From an uncultured Alphaproteobacteria bacterium (lineage in GTDB: Bacteria; Pseudomonadota; Alphaproteobacteria; HIMB59): a stretch of DNA of 64,000 nucleotides. The notes beneath the pieces were generated by a model. It ran no database searches, was not told the DNA's origin, and saw only the letters and a program-made list of their open reading frames with translations. The stretch spans positions 3,132-67,131 of the forward strand of contig CABXXO010000002.1 of assembly GCA_902516235.1 (NCBI GenBank), given 5' to 3'. Positions 60,146 to 64,000 of the stretch are shown piece by piece (positions within the stretch are counted from its first letter, which is position 1; each line of letters opens with the position of its first letter). The position numbers and the translations under genes were made by a program.

Positions 60146-61465
60146 ATGATTAAAAAAATCCTATTAATTTTGTTTTTTTCACTAAACGCAAACGCTGCTC
60201 TAGAGGTAACAATTGCACAAGGAAAAGTTGAACCCACTCCCATAGCTATAACTCAGATATTTGGTACAGACTCAGACACTGCTAGATATGGTAATACTCT
60301 AAGACAAATCATTAACAATAATCTCACAAATTCTGGTCTTTTTTACACTGTGAATGAAGATCTTTATATTCAATCTGATAATTTAGTTGAAAAAATTCCA
60401 CGTTTTGAAGATTGGAAGCTAATTAAAGCACAGTTCTTATTAAGTGCAGATGTCAGTAAAACAGATACGGGGATTAGATTGCGCATGAGACTTTACGATG
60501 TATTTAATGGAAAAGAGATAGAAAAATTACAACTCACAATACCTGACGAAAATCTAATAAGAAGAGTAGGTCATACTGTAAGTGACATAGTTTATGAAAG
60601 AATAACTGGCGAGACTGGTTATTTTGACACAAGAATTGTTTATGTTTCAGAAATTGGTCCACTAGATCAAAGAGTAAAAAGATTAGCAATCATGGATCAA
60701 GATGGACATTTGGATAGTCATCAATTTTTAACAGACGGAAAAAATTTGGTTTTAACTCCTCGTTTTGCGCCAAATAATCAAATAATAACTTACATGGAGT
60801 ACAAAAATAATCTTCCAAGAGTTTATATTTATAATCTTAAAACTGGTGAAAGGGAAATTGTTGGAGACTTTCCTGGGATGACTTTTGCACCAAGATTTTC
60901 TCCAGATAGCCAAAGTGTGGTAATGTCTTTTTCAGATCCTGATAATGCAGCAAATTCTGAGATCTATTTAATGGATTTAAATACCCGATCTCGCTTAAGA
61001 TTGACAAACGACTCTGGAATTGACACATCCCCATCTTTCTCTCCCAATGGAGAGAGAATTGTTTTTAACTCTGATCGTGGTGGAAGTCCTCAATTATTTA
61101 TAATGGATAAGAACGGAGATAATATGAAAAGAATTTCAAAAGGGAGAGGTGTTTATGGAAATCCAGTATGGTCTCCAAGGGGTGACTTGATAGCTTTTAC
61201 AAAGTTAACTCAAGGTAATTTCCACATAGGAATTATGGACACAAATGGAAACAATGAAAGAGTAATAGTCAGGGATTTTTCTCTTGAGTCTCCAGCGTGG
61301 TCTCCAAATGGCAGGTATTTAATATTTCACAGACAAAAAAGGTCAAATCTTGATGGAACAGGTGGAGAAGTAACAATACATTTCATAGATATAACTGGAT
61401 ACAATGAGAGGCTTATTCCCACTCCAAGAGATGGAAGTGACCCCGCTTGGTCACCTTTGTTATAA
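60146..61465 (+). CDS. tolB: Tol-Pal beta-propeller protein TolB
   Basis: TGETGYFDTRI; repeated P.F/WSP blades. Confidence 0.97.
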   Translation: MIKKILLILFFSLNANAALEVTIAQGKVEPTPIAITQIFGTDSDTARYGNTLRQIINNNLTNSGLFYTVNEDLYIQSDNLVEKIPRFEDWKLIKAQFLLSADVSKTDTGIRLRMRLYDVFNGKEIEKLQLTIPDENLIRRVGHTVSDIVYERITGETGYFDTRIVYVSEIGPLDQRVKRLAIMDQDGHLDSHQFLTDGKNLVLTPRFAPNNQIITYMEYKNNLPRVYIYNLKTGEREIVGDFPGMTFAPRFSPDSQSVVMSFSDPDNAANSEIYLMDLNTRSRLRLTNDSGIDTSPSFSPNGERIVFNSDRGGSPQLFIMDKNGDNMKRISKGRGVYGNPVWSPRGDLIAFTKLTQGNFHIGIMDTNGNNERVIVRDFSLESPAWSPNGRYLIFHRQKRSNLDGTGGEVTIHFIDITGYNERLIPTPRDGSDPAWSPLL

Positions 61466-61588
61466 AAATTCATTAAAAATCAACAAATTATTATAAAAAT
61501 TAAATAAAAATTGTCTTGATTTCCAAAAAATTCAGTGTTTATTTACCTAAACTATAGTAAGAATATATTTACGCGGAGATTTATAATA

Positions 61589-62083
61589 ATGTTAAAAAAA
61601 TTGTTTATGCTTATTGTTGCGGGTTTTTTCCTTGCTTCATGTGCTGCCACTAAGACAGAAGAAGGTGGAAACGTTGATGCAGCTTCAACTAGCGCAAGTT
61701 CATCCTCGGGAGGTGAAATTACAGCTGGAACTCAAGAAGACTTGATTGTCAATGTAGGTGATAGAGTGTTTTTTGAATTTGACAGCTCAGAACTCACTGT
61801 TGATGCTCAAGCAACGCTTGACGCTCAAGCAGCTTGGTTAATGCAGTACCCTGACACTAACATAACTGTTGAAGGTCATGCTGACGAAAGAGGCACCCGT
61901 GAGTACAACTTGGCTTTAGGAGATAAAAGAGCATTTTCTGTTTACTCTTATCTTGCTCAGGCAGGTATTGACACCAACAGAATGGAATATGTAAGTTGGG
62001 GGAAAGAAAGACCAGAAGTTATTGGGTCTGATGAAACCGCTTACAGTCAAAATAGACGCGGCGTTACAATAGTAAGTAATTAA
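61589..62083 (+). CDS. pal: Peptidoglycan-associated lipoprotein
   Basis: GGAG RBS before ATG 61589, lipobox LASC, EGHADERGTREYNLALG, NRR. Confidence 0.96.
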   Translation: MLKKLFMLIVAGFFLASCAATKTEEGGNVDAASTSASSSSGGEITAGTQEDLIVNVGDRVFFEFDSSELTVDAQATLDAQAAWLMQYPDTNITVEGHADERGTREYNLALGDKRAFSVYSYLAQAGIDTNRMEYVSWGKERPEVIGSDETAYSQNRRGVTIVSN

Positions 62084-62094
62084 TAAAAATTTCA

Positions 62095-62128
62095 TTAGGG
62101 TGCTCTTTTTATTTGAAAGAGCACCTAA
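62095..62128 (+). terminator. Hairpin after pal
   Basis: GGTGCTCTTT-N7-AAAGAGCACC inverted repeat. Confidence 0.75.
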
Positions 62129-62134
62129 AACTTT

Positions 62135-63166
62135 ATGAAGAAAATAAACAAAATATTGGTTATTTTTTTTCTTCTCTTTTTTAACAACCACGCACTTTCT
62201 GAAAAACACAATAAAATATCTGTAGAAATAGACAGAATTAAAAATGATATAATTGATCTTCAAAAGTTTGTTTATAAAAATGAGTCGTCATTAGAAAATT
62301 ATAATGACTCAAATGACGATACTAAATTAGATGAATTAAAAATACTTATTAATGATATTTCAAAAAGTGTAACTTCATTGGAAAAACAAATTTTGGATAT
62401 TAAAGATGATGTCAGTAATTTGTACTCCTTATACACATCATCTAATTTTGATGAAAAAAAAATAATTAGTACATTTGATCAACTAAATATAGAGGAAAGT
62501 TCCTCAAATATTGTGGAAAACTCAGAAGATGATCAGTTATTAGGTCAAATTAGTCTTTCTGAGCTTGAGGTAGATAAAGTATCAACAATTGACAACTCTA
62601 ATGTTGAGATCGAAGAAAAAACTTCTTCGTTAAGTATTGAAAAAGAGGAATTAGATGATGTTATCGAAATAAAATCTATATCAGAAATTAATGTTTCTAT
62701 GCTTAATGATTTGGACCAACTAATAAAAGACAGAGAAATTGAGTTAAATAAGCCGATAATTGACGTCCAAGAAGAGTTAAATAATGCTAAAACAAGTTAT
62801 GCAAGTTTTAACAACAAGTCTGCTATTGAGAGTCTGCTCCTAATAGTCAATTCAAACACAGATCAAAAAGAATATTTGGCTGAAACTTATTATCTTCTTG
62901 GTAGAACTTATTTTATGGAGAATGAGATAATTAAAGCTGTAAAATATTTTGGTATCAGACATAGAGATTTCTCTTCATTTCCAAAATTTAGATCTGAAAA
63001 CTATTTTTGGCTAGGAAAGTCACTATTTAGTATAGGTGATCAAGAAAACGGTTGTTTAATTATGGAAGACCTAATTTTCTCTAATACTTACATTGAAAGC
63101 AAAAAAGTCATTGAGTCAGCAAAATCACTTCAAACCGAAAAAGACTGTGGTTTGATTATTGATTAA
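62135..63166 (+). CDS. cpoB: CpoB/YbgF-like protein (coiled coil, acidic linker, C-terminal TPR)
   Basis: Signal peptide, YYLLGRTY TPR-like helices and terminal Cys pair; located between pal and tilS. Confidence 0.72.
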   Translation: MKKINKILVIFFLLFFNNHALSEKHNKISVEIDRIKNDIIDLQKFVYKNESSLENYNDSNDDTKLDELKILINDISKSVTSLEKQILDIKDDVSNLYSLYTSSNFDEKKIISTFDQLNIEESSSNIVENSEDDQLLGQISLSELEVDKVSTIDNSNVEIEEKTSSLSIEKEELDDVIEIKSISEINVSMLNDLDQLIKDREIELNKPIIDVQEELNNAKTSYASFNNKSAIESLLLIVNSNTDQKEYLAETYYLLGRTYFMENEIIKAVKYFGIRHRDFSSFPKFRSENYFWLGKSLFSIGDQENGCLIMEDLIFSNTYIESKKVIESAKSLQTEKDCGLIID

Positions 63167-64000
63167 TGAAACATCACTCTCTCTTGGTATTAAGAATTAC
63201 CTAGAAAATAATATATTAACTAACGAAAAAATACTAATTTCTATTTCTTGTGGCTTAGATAGTACTGTCCTATTTGATTTGATTACAAAATCAAAATATT
63301 TAAAAAATAAAAATATATTTTATCTGATTTTTGATCATCAAAAAAGACCTGAGGGAAAATATGAAATTAAACAATTTATTAAGTTTTATAATCTTTCAAA
63401 TAAAAATCTGTGTTTGAAGAAAATATCTCTTAAAAACAAATTAAATGGATTTCAGGAAAAATCTAGATCTAGTAGATATAATTTTCTATACAATTTTTCA
63501 AAAAAAAGAAATATTGAGAATATATTCTTAGGGCATCATCTCGACGATCTCAATGAGTCTTTCTTTATGAGGAAGATTCAACAATCCGGTACAATTGGAT
63601 TATCAAATATCTTTTCGAAAAAATACAGAAATATTAAATTACATCGCCCATTGAATAAATACACAAAAAAACAGATCAAAAGGTACGCAGACAGAAATAA
63701 ACTAATTTGGTTTGAAGATAGAACTAATCAAGAGTTAGAATTTACTAGAAACAAAATAAGACACTTTCTTTATTCAAATAAATATTTCTCTAAAATTAAT
63801 AAGGAAAGATTAATTTTTTCGAAAGCAGCTCATATAAGATCTTTGTGTAAGAATTTTTTCAAAAGCAAAAAAAATCAAACTTTTGAAATTGAAATAGAAA
63901 AATTTAATAATTTGACAGAAAATCTTAAATTCTTAGTAATACAATCGTTTTATTATAAGAATAGATATTTATTTAAAAAACAAATTCGTGATGAAAATAT
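63159..64000 (+). CDS. tilS: tRNA(Ile)-lysidine synthetase, truncated by the window end
   Basis: TTG 63159 frame encodes ISCGLDS (PP-loop variant), DH..R, R..RY, GHHLDD, RPL, ED.TN...RN.IR. Confidence 0.9.
   Translation, partial: MINETSLSLGIKNYLENNILTNEKILISISCGLDSTVLFDLITKSKYLKNKNIFYLIFDHQKRPEGKYEIKQFIKFYNLSNKNLCLKKISLKNKLNGFQEKSRSSRYNFLYNFSKKRNIENIFLGHHLDDLNESFFMRKIQQSGTIGLSNIFSKKYRNIKLHRPLNKYTKKQIKRYADRNKLIWFEDRTNQELEFTRNKIRHFLYSNKYFSKINKERLIFSKAAHIRSLCKNFFKSKKNQTFEIEIEKFNNLTENLKFLVIQSFYYKNRYLFKKQIRDEN

Noticed and set aside
63166-63204. ATG overlapping the cpoB stop as the tilS start
   Set aside because: That frame stops after 12 codons. The TilS motifs are in the frame starting at TTG 63159.

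Overview
Very AT-rich, gene-dense chromosomal segment of a streamlined, probably marine alphaproteobacterium (SAR11/HIMB59-like by gene content: aapJQMP, DUF1013/TrcR, C4-pathway ALA synthase, CIRCE-groESL, tol-pal; the taxonomy is inference). I saw no rRNA, tRNA, CRISPR, IS or prophage. Content is mostly housekeeping: tal, bioY, msrB, transporters, a FAD-oxidoreductase::SelD fusion, groES/EL, mscS, argF, a frameshifted trkH, apaG, fhs, ugd, aapJQMP, a clustered heme pathway (hemG, hemF, hemH, hemE, hemB, long hemC, nearby hemA), trhO, rpmG, a photolyase plus furan-fatty-acid-like (ufaD/ufaO/ufaM-type) cluster, rpmE, suhB, efp, fbaB-gap-tkt, zapA-ygfA-ymdB-yebC and tolQRAB-pal-cpoB-tilS. Most notable: (1) the yebC-to-tolQ slot that normally holds ruvC-ruvA-ruvB-ybgC instead holds one 108-aa Hjc-like PD-(D/E)xK nuclease; (2) two intergenic sRNA candidates share a TGCA-N9-TGCA upstream site, a closing stem ending CTAGTT and a TTATTCC anti-SD-like motif; (3) several microproteins below the ORF-track cutoff, including a 27-aa Arg/Lys-rich peptide, a CxxC/CxxxC protein and a DUF3563-like pair; (4) a recurring leaderless promoter architecture, including a photolyase whose predicted start is ATC; (5) no room for 6S RNA between zapA and ygfA.
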